Position numbers and translations under genes: made by a program
Notes under the pieces: model-generated
Database searches by the model: none
Told to the model about the DNA's origin: nothing
Seen by the model: the letters and a program-made list of their open reading frames with translations, nothing else
NCBI GenBank assembly: GCA_038496445.1
Contig: JALMLS010000215.1
Location: forward strand, 1-64,000
Reading direction: 5' to 3'
DNA length: 64,000 nt
Source: Trichosphaerium sp. ATCC 40318
Taxonomy: Eukaryota > Protista > Tubulinea
In this document: positions 39,991 to 54,535 of the stretch, piece after piece
How the letters are laid out: every line of letters begins with the position of its first letter
Numbering within the stretch: position 1 is the stretch's first letter

Positions 39991-40851
39991 TCATAATTTA
40001 GAGTAACTACCATTCCTCTTGTTACCTCCTGTGCCACCACATACAGTAAATACTAGATTGATGGCCTATTGAATACAATCAACAACAAAGTTGCTATGCA
40101 GCAAACAACTTACCTTCAAAATTATCATCGCCAATGCAGTATCATAAAGAGGTTTTGAGGTTTTGCCAGGTTCATAGTAATCCTTACAATCACCGCTATT
40201 CACAAGAATAATGATACCATAGATGAACCACGCTATGCTGAATAATCCGTAGGTGAATGCAGCAAGCCCAATATCAACAAGACCAGCAACCTTAGAGACG
40301 AGTAAAAGACAAACACCAAAGGCCATGAGCCCAATGAAAACAATCTGAGTGATCGCATCGTAAAATAACCAGTTAGCTAAACCAATCGCTGTTAAAAAAA
40401 AACACGTGTTAGTGACGTAACCCCTCAAATAAACCAAAAAAAAATCAAAAAAATTAGTCTCGGAAGACCGTCAAACAAAACGTGTTAATTACAACACCAT
40501 CACGTGATAATTTTTTTTTTAGTTGTTTTTTGGAAGTTAGTGCAGAAAATTCATCACGTGGGTTGGGTACTGTTCAAAAGGTTGAAGAAAAACGTCAACA
40601 GCCAAAACAGAACGATCTAGTGAGTTTATAATAAAAATTAGTTAGATAAACGTACAATATGGTTTAGGAAACTCTACGCCAGTGCTATTCAATGGAGGCT
40701 CCCATGAATCGCTTGTACAAGGGTCATCTTTATATTTTAGAGATATAACAAACTCTGTAGCTACGATCGCAACAGTAACAGCAAGGACTATACATACAGT
40801 ACAGCACATAATGAAACCAACGGCTCCAAGCATTGTTTTGTCAGACGCCAT
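39991..40851 (-). CDS. Small multi-pass membrane protein, 3 exons
   Basis: Four to five hydrophobic segments with loop cysteines (DDPC; SGDC..LY); GT-AG introns. Confidence 0.65.
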
Positions 40852-41442
40852 TGTTGTACAGTTAATATATCCTAATTTAATCCTTTAATATGATACAAGC
40901 TTCGTTGCTGACGTACGCTTTTGTAAATTGTCTCGGTTTTTGTTTTTCCGTACACAGAATGTCAATGTGCGATTCTTCCTACTTTTATACTAACACTTAT
41001 TCTATTTATATCCACTGTTTGTAACAGATTATTGATGTTTGTTCATGTAACATTGAAACGGCGTTTGAAAAGGGACAGTTCCAAAACTTGTTTCACACAG
41101 AATCCTTAAAGAATGTAGACCACATTACGAGCTGTTTCAGCTCGATTCAGCTGAACCACTTCTGAAAAATTTAAGACCATTCCAGAGACCCGAAACGAAA
41201 ATTCAGCGAACAATATTCTCACCTACGTAACACCTACGTACAGTGATGATCAAGCGTTCCTGCTACTAGAGAAAATGCAGATATTATCACAAGTAGTATC
41301 TCAAGGCTCATAATAGCTAGCTACAAATCATAAGATGCAAGAATGCCAACTAAAAAAAGATGGTTTACAAAAGTTGTTATAAGTATTGTCAGCAAGCTTT
41401 ATTAGTTTGTGTTTAAATCACGTTGGTTTAGCGATATAGTTA

Positions 41443-43274
41443 TCACTCCTGAACAAGCGACCATTTCATAACTTTTTGCATTATAGGAGAGAGTACATTG
41501 AACATTTTAAGATGACCAGACACCTACCGAGAAGAATTAAAATTGCATGTTACTATTATTTTGAGAAAAAGTCTGAGACGCTTTCTTTATGACGTACGTT
41601 AGGATGATAATTACAACCACGATCGCTGTTATCAAGGATATTTTGCATGTCCACATAGTGTACATTGTCACTTGAGGAAGAAACAACGTTTTGAACATAC
41701 TCACAGCAAGGATTACTAATCAATGGTCCACATACAAGAAAGTACTGTGTATCTGGTTTATAGTTTGTTGAAAGCAAACCCAAGAACTTATGAAAAGCTA
41801 AAAGAACAAGTCAATAAAAAAATTTAAAAAAGACTAAAAGACTCTTCTCCAACAAAAGCAAAACAATAGATAATCTACGAAGCAACCCTCCAAATAATAC
41901 TTTATATATCCGTGCTTTTTGAGCGAAAAAGCTTCTTGGTCGTTGTAGTTTGAAGCGTGTAAATAAAATGATGGCTTTTTTTTTATGTACCGTTTTCAAA
42001 AATATCTTGTGGTGGGTGAGGTTCAGTGCTGTAATCATTTGTGCCTAGATTGATTACTACAGCATCTGGTATATACCTTGAAAAACTCCAATCATCAGTA
42101 GCTACATTAGCCAATGTGCGAGGATACTTCTTGGTAAATGGAACTTTTGATGTAATGTTCTTGTCACCGTAGTTTCTAAAAGACACTCACTTGGGTAGAG
42201 AATGAAGAATTACCTCACAAGGCCTTCTCCAGACCAACACTCTTCGTATATTTGTGCGCCAAATTGATCTGCAATAAGCTGACCATAACCTCTGGAGCGA
42301 AAATCAACAAAAATATTCAACTAAAAAAAAAACTGAACGAAAAATGTAGTCCTGTGAGCACAATCCAAGATAAATATGAAGCTGGGAAATAGATATATAT
42401 AATTATATAGAACTTTAAGACGTACTTTAAAACATCTTCAGTTGCTGCTGAAAAATCACCTAAAACACAAGAAAAAAGTCAATTCTCAACCAAAGAAAAA
42501 AAAAAAAAAAAAATAGAACGTACAAGGAAACTTTCCTAATACCCCATAGCTACATGTGATTGAGTCACCAATGAATTCAACGCGTCTAATATCCTTTGGT
42601 TGATGCGATGGTAACAGTTTAGTATCAGATCCCGCCTCAAAGCCTACAAGAAAAATAAATTAAAGCGAAACCATTTCCGAAAAGTTTTTCAAAATTACCA
42701 CTTCTTTGCCTAACGTTGCGATATCACGTGATATCTAGCGAGCATTTTTGACAAACAAAAATATACACATACCCATAAACTCTACTACACCACCAACAAA
42801 AGCCTCTGTTCGTTTTGCAACAACAAGTTTATGAACTCCTGAAGGGACTGTCGATATTGGGTACGTTGTAACGGAGCCAGTTTGTTTAGTAGTTATCAAC
42901 TGAACCAATTTCTAACAAAGGTTATTAAAACGCATACCAGGCGCTATTACTCTGTAACTAGCTAACCTCGTCGATGTACACATTGTACATATTGCCATAA
43001 TCTTTTAAAATCAAACTAGAGGTTGAATATGAGCTTTATATATCGAAAACAAGCCGTGCCTGAGAGTTGTGCCTTGAAATGTCGTTTTTATTTTAATATT
43101 AGACCAATCATACTGTACAGAGCCTGAACTATTTACTTTGACGCGTCCAGAGTAACTTATTGCAGGATTCAAAGCGTTGTAAATGACATTGCCTTCTTTT
43201 GGCTTAATAGCCTTCAAATCAATACCAACAGCTACCGCTATCAATAAAACCACTACTAACGCTCTTGAAAGCAT
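41443..43274 (-). CDS. Secreted SGNH/GDSL esterase, CE2-like
   Basis: Signal peptide; SYSGRV..YDWS, KRTEAF, VEFIGDSITCSYG, CWSGEG, PDAVVINLGTNDY and GCNYHPN. Confidence 0.85.
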
Positions 43275-43443
43275 GGTTAAAGCAAACTAAAATGGAATTT
43301 CGGCTCAAAAAGTCTAATTTGGTCAAAACTGCTGAAAATATGTCAAGCTTGAACCTCTTTTCTTTGAGATACTCGAACCTTCAGAGTTTGACACGCAAAT
43401 GTAATTTCCAATCTACAAGTTTTATTTATGTACATTGACATAG

Positions 43444-45009
43444 TCACATAATGTTGCAGCGTAGCCACATACACACAAACAAAAGTATGACACTGTCAAA
43501 AGCTCCTCTGACTATTTAGCTTTTTTCGCTTTTTTCGTTTAAAATTTTTTTGTTTTTTTAGTTGAATAACCGGCCAAATTATATGGTTTTTATCCCGGTT
43601 ACCAGCATTGCATTATAGATATCCACTATAAACGCATCAGTATATTTATAACACGAATAGAGTGAAGAAAATAAAGAAAATGAGCTTTTTTCGAAATTTT
43701 TTTTAACTTTGTGAACTGGCTGAGTTAACAGGCTTATACATGCTCACTCGTTGTGTTTTTATAACGTATTATAATTGCTTGACGCCATAAAAGACAATAA
43801 ATGATATCTTTTCAAGCTCAGAGCTGAAACAGCGGAGTAATTTATTCCGACTTTTTTATTCACAAATTAAAAAAAAACGTACCAAAAATCCGGCGAAAAC
43901 AAATCCGGTCTTGCATAACAATACAGTCATTATAGTCAACCAAAGATCATTATATGTATTATCTGATACTTGCTTAACAGATAAATTTATCCCAACACAC
44001 ATCCATGCCAAAGCAAGCGCAAAGTACGCAGGAAGAAGAACAAAGAAAAATTTATAGAACCAGCAAAAAAAAACTTCAAAAAAAGTGTTTGAATGTGTCG
44101 CACTGCTAAGCGTTTCTACCACCACCAAGCAAACACATACAAGCATAAATAAGGTAGCTGCACTATCACATATTAACCATTGTGAATAATCTACAACTAA
44201 GAAGATTTAGGGAGGAGGAAGGAGAAACGAGAGGAGAAAACATTTTCTTGAGTAATAAAATAGAGAAAAAGTAAGAACAACTTACGGGAGAAAAAAGGTG
44301 ACGACGTGGTAAACACGCTCACCCTTGGCGTGTCATCCATGCGTGTGACACCTATATACATCTCTATAGTGCTCATGAGTATCCAAAATGAGATACTAGC
44401 AGCACTAATGACACGAGCAAGCCATTTACACCTTGCCCGTTTTTCAGCTTTACTGACTGCCTTTGGAAACTCTTGAGCATAAAATCTTGTCCATAACCGT
44501 TTCTCCGTCAAAGAAGATGCCCTATATATCTCAATCAATACTAAATACGGCGTTTGGGATACAACAATAACGGAAAAAATACAGTTTAAGTCAGAACTGA
44601 GGATGTCACGAAAAACAAAAAAAAAACAAAAAGATCTGCAAACTTTAAAAAATACGCAGAATCGTTATGGCAAGGATCGTAATATGCGTATGTTCTGAAG
44701 TTCATTCAAAATGACTTGAAGTGAATTCGCTTGGGGAGAATTATGTTCAAAACGCCGGTTTGTTCTTCAGACGACGTAAAAATGTGCGTACCATATACTA
44801 CAGGCTAGACGTGCGCGTTTGAAGTCATCAGCGGATAAATATGAAAGAACGTGATGAAGCATTTCGGGAGGTATGTTCAAAGTACCGTTATCAACGCATG
44901 GGCCATATACAACAGTAATATCCGTATTGGTCATAGTTTCATGGTTTTTAAGCCGTTCTTGGTTTTTGTGAGTTTTGATGCCGTTGTAAAGAATCAAATC
45001 CAACGCCAT
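43444..45009 (-). CDS. F-box protein with a multi-pass transmembrane C-terminus
   Basis: LNIPPEMLHHVLSYLSADDFKRARLACSIW|YRAS..LW, followed by several hydrophobic exons. Confidence 0.6.
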
Positions 45010-45298
45010 GACACGGAAATAGGGTATTTGTTACGTCTACGAGTTGTTTTGTAAGAGACGGTTGGAAAGGTGTGAAAATTTTTCAAAAGTTTTGACTCGA
45101 AGTTGAGGGGGAAAAAAAATTGCCCGAAATATTCTCTCAGGTAATAAATATCCGAGCGGAAAAATATAGATTAGGTAGGCTACTAGTAGTAGAGTAGAAT
45201 GAAGGTAAAATAGTTTTGAGGTGTATTGGCTGGATCGGGTAAAATAGGTTTGATCCTTTAGTTCCTACCTTTCGCGCTCTTTGTGTTCCATATTTTCG

Positions 45299-48200
45299 TT
45301 ATAATAACGTCTTGACTTGTGCTGCAAGTACTCTAGATTAAAGGTATGAGAATTTAATATTAAGTAGGATAATCACGTGATGAGAGTCCTAAGAAAAAAT
45401 ATAATGCAAAAGTTTTCCAAGTTGAAACAAAATATTACTGTCATGTGCTTACCTCTGTGTTGCTGCTTTTGTTGTATCTGTAAACCTTTCCCAGTCCCAT
45501 TCAACATTTGGATGCAATAGTTTGAGTGAATCAGGATAATATCTTAACATACCATCACCACCAAGTTCTCCTATTTGCTTTTGTGAAATACGGTACCTAC
45601 AAACAAACAAATAAGTTTTGTTAAAGAATTTCTTTACTAGGACGAGTCAAAGTAAATTATGATGTACCACATCTCTGGATTACAGATATTTAGTGATTTC
45701 TCCAATCCGCCTAAAAACTTTATTACATTCTCCTCGTTTTGCCAATAGCCTTTTGGATTCCTAAAGACACAAGTCAGACGAGGTTGAACAAAAACAAAAA
45801 ACAAAAGCTTTTTTTTTTTCAATTACTGACCTGTTCTCGTTAAACACCCAGCCGTGATTAGGATATATTGTCTTCAAAGCCTTTGATAATGAACTCTTGT
45901 ACCTATTTATGTTATTAATAAGGAGACAACATGCGCTCTAGTCAATTAAATCAAAAATAAAATAAAATACATACTTGCGCATAAAGAACGCTGCATAGCC
46001 AAACATGACAATTTCACGCCATGAAATTTTATACCAGTCGTCAAGAATCTTAACACCAAGTTGCTTTCCCATAGTACTAAATCTTTCTCTTTGAGTTTCT
46101 AAGTTAGACCAATGTCCAGAAGGAACAAACCTAAAAAAGAGTTGTTCAGAAAAAAAATCTCAAGAACGCCTATGACTAGCTGGTCGTACGAAAAGTTTCG
46201 TGAATCCCAAAAGTGCTCTCTATATATTTGCTCCAAAGCTGTATTGATTGAACCTTTATGAAATCTATTGAAGCATCATATTAGTTGTCTTGATAAAAAC
46301 TTGAAGAGATTGTTTTTTAATTACTTACTTGTCTATTATATACTTATGCCTGTACTGTATATGAGAAGCCCAATTAGCACGATACCAATCTGTAAATATC
46401 ATACAACGAGATGCACAACTTAATTCATCGAATTTTTCACGTTGAACATCGATATCATCCCAGAAAGAAGCAACAGGTATACTGTAGATGAAAAAAAAAA
46501 AGTTAACAAAAAACCTTGTCACCAAGTACTGCTCCGTACAAAAACTTTGTTTCATCCCAATCATCTCTTGGAAATATATTACAAATCGCATCGCCTAAAC
46601 TATCATATCTTGAAAAAAAAAAATTAGAACGACATTGCAACATGTGACACTTTGACATTTTGACACTTTTTGAAATGTGTCACATTTTGTTGGATTTTTT
46701 TGACATTTTTTTTCTAAAACTCTTAAAAGCGCAAGTGAAGTGTGCTACACGTTCAAACTTGTTCAAAAAAAACAATTACTGAAACAAAAATCTGTAAAAA
46801 TAATAATGTTGTTGACACAAAAATATTCGAATTATTAACTAACCTTGGTAGAATCTGCTTTCCGCCATTATTTAATATTGTCTCATAACGAACGTTATAC
46901 CAATCTTCAAATAATTTGATACCCACTTCTTCAGCAATATCTTCAAACTTGCTAGCTTGGTTCTCGACTGAATCCCAATACCCAACAGGAGTAACACTGT
47001 AAAAAAACATTAAAAAAAATCTCAAACTCTTGGGTTACAGCGTACTTGAAACGCCAACGTTTCCAGTCAAACTCCGGATATATCTGTGCTAATGCTGTAG
47101 CAGGAGAATTTTTATATCTAACGATGAAGAGGTTAAGAACATCGCCAAAATACAATAGTTTAAAATTATTTCAAATTTTTTGTACTTTTCAATTATTCCT
47201 TTGGCGCCATTATCAAGTAGATCTTGTGACCTGACAGTATACCACATGTCATACGTAAAAAGGCGCATAGTAGTAGATAAATCATCGAATTTATATCTTT
47301 GATTACCAGTAGATGTCCAGAAATTCAAAGGCGCACGATCATATCTTTTATAATGTTAGTGTTGCTGAACCCTTATTTTTAAAGTTTTTTTTCGCGAAAC
47401 TTACGACTCAAAGCGCCATGGTATCCATTCATAATATGGGTATATTTGATTAAGGACATAGTATAATGACTTTTCTCTCCTTGTCACAAAAATATTAGGT
47501 ATTAGGGAGTTAGAGGATCCGCACTTTTCGATAATTTTGTTAACACCATATTTGTTCAATTCGGTTTCAGATACATTATACCAACCATCAAAGGTATAAA
47601 TATTTAGTTTGGTAGCGGCACTTTCAAGCTTTACTTTATCGTTTGATAAACCATACCAATAATCCAACGGCTTGGCGGTACTAAGAGCACACGTTAAAAT
47701 ACACACAAAAAAAAAAGGATTTTTGTTTACATACCGAAAAGTTGCTTCATCCCATGTAGTGTCGGGATACACCCCTGATAGGAGTTTATACAATGATCCT
47801 CTATAGCTAAGGGAATATAATACATAAATATATGGGATAATAGCCATATAAGAGCGTTTTTACTTACTAGTCAATGACTCCTCTACCACCCATCTGTCTA
47901 ACATCTTTTGCAGTGAATTTATACCAATCTTTTAACATTTTAACACCAAGCAATTTCCCTATGACATCCACACATCGCTTGTGGTTATCTAATTTACACC
48001 AGAAATCTTCTGTACCGCCATTACTTCAGAAGATGGTGTAAGTAAGAAAAGATCGAAGTAGAAATATTTCTGTTTTTGAAGCACGTGTTTTGATCATACC
48101 TGAAAAGGAAGCGCCAAGGCATCCATTCGTGGTCGGGAAAGATACTCTGTAGAGCATCTGCTAGGGTTCCATACCTTTAAAAAAGTGAATAAAACGATAT

Positions 48201-48506
48201 TTGCGACGAAAGAGCACTTGACAAAAGTGTTTTAAGACTTTTTGCGTTTTGACGCTCATTTGAAGTACCTTTTTAATATGAAACGCCCTCCAGACTGATA
48301 TAGAACTGTGTGGGTTACATTGTACCAACCATCCATGTGTTTCACTCGTAGCTTTTTTGAAAGCCTATCAAGGAACTGCTCTGGGTAGCTTACACCGTAG
48401 TTGCGACTACAAGCCCGTTTACCTTATTTGTTAATCTATTGACATTGTACTTGATACTAACCGTACAATTGACATTCAAGCGTAGCTTAGACGCGATTTT
48501 TAGCAT
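45299..48506 (-). CDS. Protein of 8 tandem ~70-aa W-rich repeats with a putative mitochondrial presequence
   Basis: Repeat consensus P.G[FY]W....NQ...FD.L...LG.K...DWY.V......GG..I..KY..SL..AL..IYP...W..WRF; N-terminus MLKIASKLRLNVNCKRACSRNY. Confidence 0.75.
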
Positions 48507-48824
48507 CTAGGCGATTGTAGAGTATTATTTCTTTGGGTTACTTCGCATAACGTTAATAGAAAGCTTTGCTATGTTTTTAAACATGGCACACGGCACATGA
48601 TGTATTGCGGGCGATTTTTACTTTGACTGGTCACATTGCAGTCAAGAAACAAGCATAAAGCACTACAACACAATACAGGCCAAAGGGTTCTGTACAAACG
48701 GAATACATTAGTTTGCAGACACATTCCCATTTATCCTCGTTGGTGGTTGTACATAATTAGCATCCATCGAAATATAGCAAAACGGCGAGGTGTAATTGAA
48801 ATACACAAAAAAACGGCATCGTAA

Positions 48825-49773
<949 letters not shown>

Positions 49774-51081
49774 TAGTAGTTACATTATACTCTAAATGCA
49801 CAGAAGAAAAGTGACAATTTTCGTTTTTTCGAGAATTTTTTTCCTTCGGGTGTTTGGAGCGAAAAGGATTGTATTCTGGTAAACAAAAGTGGAAAAAATG
49901 AGTGGTACAATAATTACGAACCTCATATTTTTAAAAAAGACACGTGTAAGATAAATTGTAAACAAGTAATAAACAAACAAAAAAAAAAAGATGTTTTCTG
50001 TACTGTTGTTTTACCAACTTCTCCCTACGTTTCAGTGTTCATTAATAGCATTCAACTGGTACCTATGTACCTATCCAAAGGATGAGAAAAAAAGGTCTTC
50101 AGAGAGGACATTGGAGTAGAGTTGCATATTTAGACCGAACGCAAGACATTTTCTCACCTTCTGTATCGCATCAACAAACTTGCTAACAACCATGGAGAAA
50201 GTATTGAGCGTAGGTGATGTAAATGAATTAATGATTGTCATAGTTTCTAGTTTGTCTTTACTCACAACTCAAACAATTTCCATACCTTTTACATGGATGG
50301 AGAATGGGTGTCAGGTATTTACAGCATTTTAGCATGTTACAGGGAACATATGTGCTCACAGTGATGAACAACAATTGTGATTAATCGCAAAGCTTAAAAG
50401 TGAGTAAAATTATATTAGCTCTTGTAATATTGGTCCATTGTACATATAAACTACAACATTAGAAACAACCTAGTAACAGAAACACATAAGTAAAGTAGTA
50501 TAAGTAGGATACTTGGCCAGATCACTTGTATATTGTCGTATCGTAGAAGTTTGCTAAACTTTGCAACTTTTTGCTGTTTGTGACTTTTGGTTTTCGTGTT
50601 TAGTCAGATCTGACATCTTGGAACTTCTGTTAGTTCTTAAAAGATCTTGTAAGCTGCAAAAAACAAAATCCACTTCTATAACACGTACATATTATTGCAA
50701 CCAAGTGTTTTTAACTACGTACTTTATTTGGTACATTAGCTTATGCAATTCTGTTGACGGATGGCCTCTAAGGTCCAACAGTTGTCTCCTACACTCAAAA
50801 ACGGATTATTACGCCATGTCTTAATACCGCGCGCTAAGCGGAAGATACTTTGGAAGCGCTTGTAATAGAAAGTCAGCAACTTCATTATTTTATTACGAAA
50901 CTCCGTATTTTGCAATTCTCAAAATTCGGAACTGGCCGTGTTACTTTGTCATAAATCAACATATCGCATTTAAAACACGACAGTTCTCTCTAATCACGTG
51001 ATTCCACTGACTGTGTTCAGTGAAAAAGTAGTTACAGAAAGTCTCGAATCATCTCGTTACAATATTGCTAATAGTCAGACC

Positions 51082-52050
51082 ATGTACACCTCGTCCTATC
51101 ACCTATCCGTGATATCCATACTTGTCGTCTTTGGTTTGATGTCCTTTTCACTTGGAATGGTTGGTACGTTTCTTCCGGAGTTTTTCTTTGATCAGTAAAA
51201 CCTGTATATACAACGCTAAGGTGCATGAGATGTATTTTGCGTTTTGCAGGCTTTCCTTTATCTTTATTCCTTAAAGTTAACCACAATAAAGGTGAAGGCA
51301 GCACTGGAGTATGTACCTATGTTTTAACCAGTGATCCAACTATTAGTTTCTGGGACTTTGGAACAACAACAGCACCAGACTTTCCTAACTTTGTTATTGC
51401 CAATGACGCTATTGAATACCAGAACGATGATACTCAGCTTGCTATTACTCTTGATTTCACAGACAATAGTTTTGAGTATAGCCTCACACTCATGAGTATT
51501 AATACTGAGCGTATACTTCCCGCTACAATAGAATGTACATTCACCAGTGGCTCTTTTAGTGGTACGGGAAACGGTTTTAACCAAATGATACATAGTATAG
51601 AGTACTTACTTATAAACGTAAAACAGCTGTTACTATTGTTGAAAACTCACTGAACCTGGTGGTTACAAGTACAATGACTTCATTCACGTGAGTATTCTTG
51701 TTTGCTGCACTTTATACAATTGTACTCTTTTTTTTAAAGGTTATATAGACGGCTAACATATTTTTAGTGTATTGGTTCCTCAAATACCACCTTTTTCCGC
51801 AGACGTTGCATTAACACTAACACTTGAACAGTTGACACCTCCACCCACTACAAGAACTCCAACTACAACAGCTCCAACCTTAGCGCCTGTATATGCAGAC
51901 GGTAGACAACCTTGTATTCGAAGACTATCTCAAATGATATATAAATGAGCAATACAAAAAAATTTATTGCTTTTCTCGCTATTAGTATGTTTCCTTCAAG
52001 TGTTAACAACACAATTACACAATATGATCATGTTATGTACTCCATAATTA
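51082..52050 (+). CDS. Secreted protein with a Pro/Thr linker (3' end uncertain)
   Basis: Signal-like MYTSSYHLSVISILVVFGLMSFSLG, a beta-rich exon, then TPPPTTRTPTTTAPT. Confidence 0.5.
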
Positions 52051-52361
52051 CACACTAGATACCTCACAGAGCTTCACAAGACCTACATAGGTTCACGAAC
52101 CATCCCGAAAAATCAGGCTTAGCGCTAGCTCAAAATAGCATTTTTTCTGAGAAATCCAATGTATTCCAAATTAATTTGCATGATTAAGCACAGCTCGTGT
52201 GTTGCTATCCTCATGCCTTGACATAAACCTTAGTTTGTAAAAGCACAAGACATTAGAGAAACGTTTTTTTTAACAGTCTATTACCCGATTCGCTTGAGTA
52301 ACAACACAGAGCATTCTTTGACACATTTTTTATCTATTTTGTGTATGATACAAGTTGAGTG

Positions 52362-52670
52362 CTTACTTTGGGCTTCCATGGAGACGTAGTAGTAGATGGA
52401 AACTTGCTTCTTCTGTTACTTCATAATCATCAAGGGTTAGGGTATCTTCTACTGCCTTTCCTTCATAGATGAATCGTTGTTGGTCCGATGGAACACCTTC
52501 CTTCAGATTTCTTTGACTTGTTAACTTCTAACGTTATTGTTTTGCATGTTAGAGTTTTCACGATAGTCTCACTCCGCCATGTAGTCTAAGGGAAACGGTT
52601 GATTACTTATGGACGTTGTAATCAGATACAGTGCGACCATCTTCAAGTTGTTTGCCAGTGGAAATCAGTG
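52362..52670 (-). pseudogene. Degenerate tandem ubiquitin-like sequence
   Basis: GKQLEDGRTVSDYNVHK*..LRLHGG, then VKTLTCKTITLEV..KEGVPSDQQRFIYEGKAVEDTLTLDDY..HLLLRLHGSPK*; stop and deletions present. Confidence 0.75.
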
Positions 52671-53213
52671 TTCCATGTTGTGCTGAGCTAAGAGGAACAA
52701 AGAAGTTGGCAAGGTTTTGAACGCACTTGTATTGTATAATTGAACGACCTTGGTATCATTAAAGCATCTGTGGTCGTACGGACAATGTCATCTCAGTCAC
52801 CAGGGCGTTGGTATTGCTTTGCTGTGGTTAAGTTTCTGTTATAGTTTCATGATATTCTCCCTGATTGATAGGCATAGTACTCCAATGGCCTAGGTTTGCA
52901 AATACCGAAATTTGATTACGCCGTTCACAAAAGTAAGTAGTGCTAGATGCATTAGCGCTGAGAATGTTTCTGCAAGCTGTCTAAACAGAAAACAATATTC
53001 AAAAGAATTTAACTGCACAAAGGAAAAACTCTAACAAAAATGTTCACTAAGTCAATTTATCCTCTGAATATTGGTTTAGGAATGCAAATTATGCATAGCT
53101 AATATCCTACAACATAGGGAATATCTTTACACTTATTCTCATTGTTTGTGTTCCCCTTTACGTTTCAGTTCACTTTAAGAACAACTTTGGTTAACATTTG
53201 TTTTTTTACTTGT

Positions 53214-54104
53214 TCACGAGTATTCAGTACTAACAAGTTCTACAACATCTCCTGTCTCATATAGACATATATTAAGTCTCCAATTACCAATAGGTATTTC
53301 AACAGAATCATGAAACCCATTATAACGAGCATGTAATGAAGTAGCTTCAAGTTTTAAAGAAATAATACCTACTTTTGGAAAAGCCTTACACCTTTGACCA
53401 TACTTTCCTGCTTTAAATACTCTTCCTGCAGCCCATCCAAAACTTGAAGGTAAGTCAAATGACTTTGGAGATAACTTCTCAGTATCACTTATAATACCTA
53501 TAAACAAACCACCAGCCATATGAGTCTTAATCTTCAAAGTCCAAGTGACATCTCTTTTGTGTATATTTGTTCCAAGAATAGAACAATGTCCTGCTGGTTT
53601 AAGCTTACTTACTGTATTAGGTAGAACTTCTATATTATCTCCTGATTGCGAATCAATACAGAAAGTATCATCAGGTAAAGCAGGTCCTTTTACAAGTCCA
53701 AAGTAGTTCACAAGAACATCAAAGTCTGAATCTTTTCTTCGAAGATTATCCACTTTTGAAAGAACAGGAGATGAAGACATTCCGGCTGTTCTTAAAGAAT
53801 CCAATATAACAGAGAAATAATGAGGGCTTACGTCCAAGAATATACGTCCTTGGTTGTCGCGTGTGTGTTTATCGCCCCAACGCCCGCTGAACATAATTTC
53901 AAGCAAAGACCCTGGAATAACACACAGAGTACGCCTTGTTGTAGACATGAGCGTTCCACCAACATTTAACTCGATTACGTCGTTTATGTTTGTTTTCTCT
54001 GTAATAACCTGTATGTCTGTTTCAGGGTATTGTATGAATGCTGGGTGACCGTTTTCTTGGTCTTTTGGGTCTTCAGGAGATGTATCTGTCGTTGTTTTCT
54101 CCAT
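53214..54104 (-). CDS. Intronless BTB/POZ (KCTD-type) protein with a C-terminal beta-rich (SPRY-like) domain
   Basis: VIELNVGGTLMSTTRRTL..SLLEIMFSGRW..GRIFLD; C-terminal WTLKI..LFIGII..SFGW. Confidence 0.85.
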   Translation of the reverse strand: MEKTTTDTSPEDPKDQENGHPAFIQYPETDIQVITEKTNINDVIELNVGGTLMSTTRRTLCVIPGSLLEIMFSGRWGDKHTRDNQGRIFLDVSPHYFSVILDSLRTAGMSSSPVLSKVDNLRRKDSDFDVLVNYFGLVKGPALPDDTFCIDSQSGDNIEVLPNTVSKLKPAGHCSILGTNIHKRDVTWTLKIKTHMAGGLFIGIISDTEKLSPKSFDLPSSFGWAAGRVFKAGKYGQRCKAFPKVGIISLKLEATSLHARYNGFHDSVEIPIGNWRLNICLYETGDVVELVSTEYS

Positions 54105-54535
54105 ACTTGAAAAGCTTTTTTGGGTTTTTATATGAAGTCGTAAAAAGTCTTGTTGGTGCCACTCTCAAAGGGTCATTCACCGTGAATGATAAAGGCGTCT
54201 TTAAAAAAGACTGTTTGTGAATGGTAAACTTAAGTATGGAATGGCCACGTGCGCAATTAATGTAATCAACAAGTGGACTTGAAGGAGAGTACAAAGGTTG
54301 TTTGAAGATCAATCGAATTGCAACTCTTTGTAGAAGTAAAGTACTGTTTGAGTTCAATATTCGTCCGTAACGATAGATTTTCGAGTACTGCTCCAGGGCG
54401 AACGTTTTTGAATCATTCCCTTTAATGGGATAAGCTGTGAATTGGTAGTCTTTATAGCTTGGCTTCCTTTCTTATAATTTCAACATAAGCGGCAAAGGCA
54501 AAATCCAGTACATAAGTGACGTGAACTCTAATACC

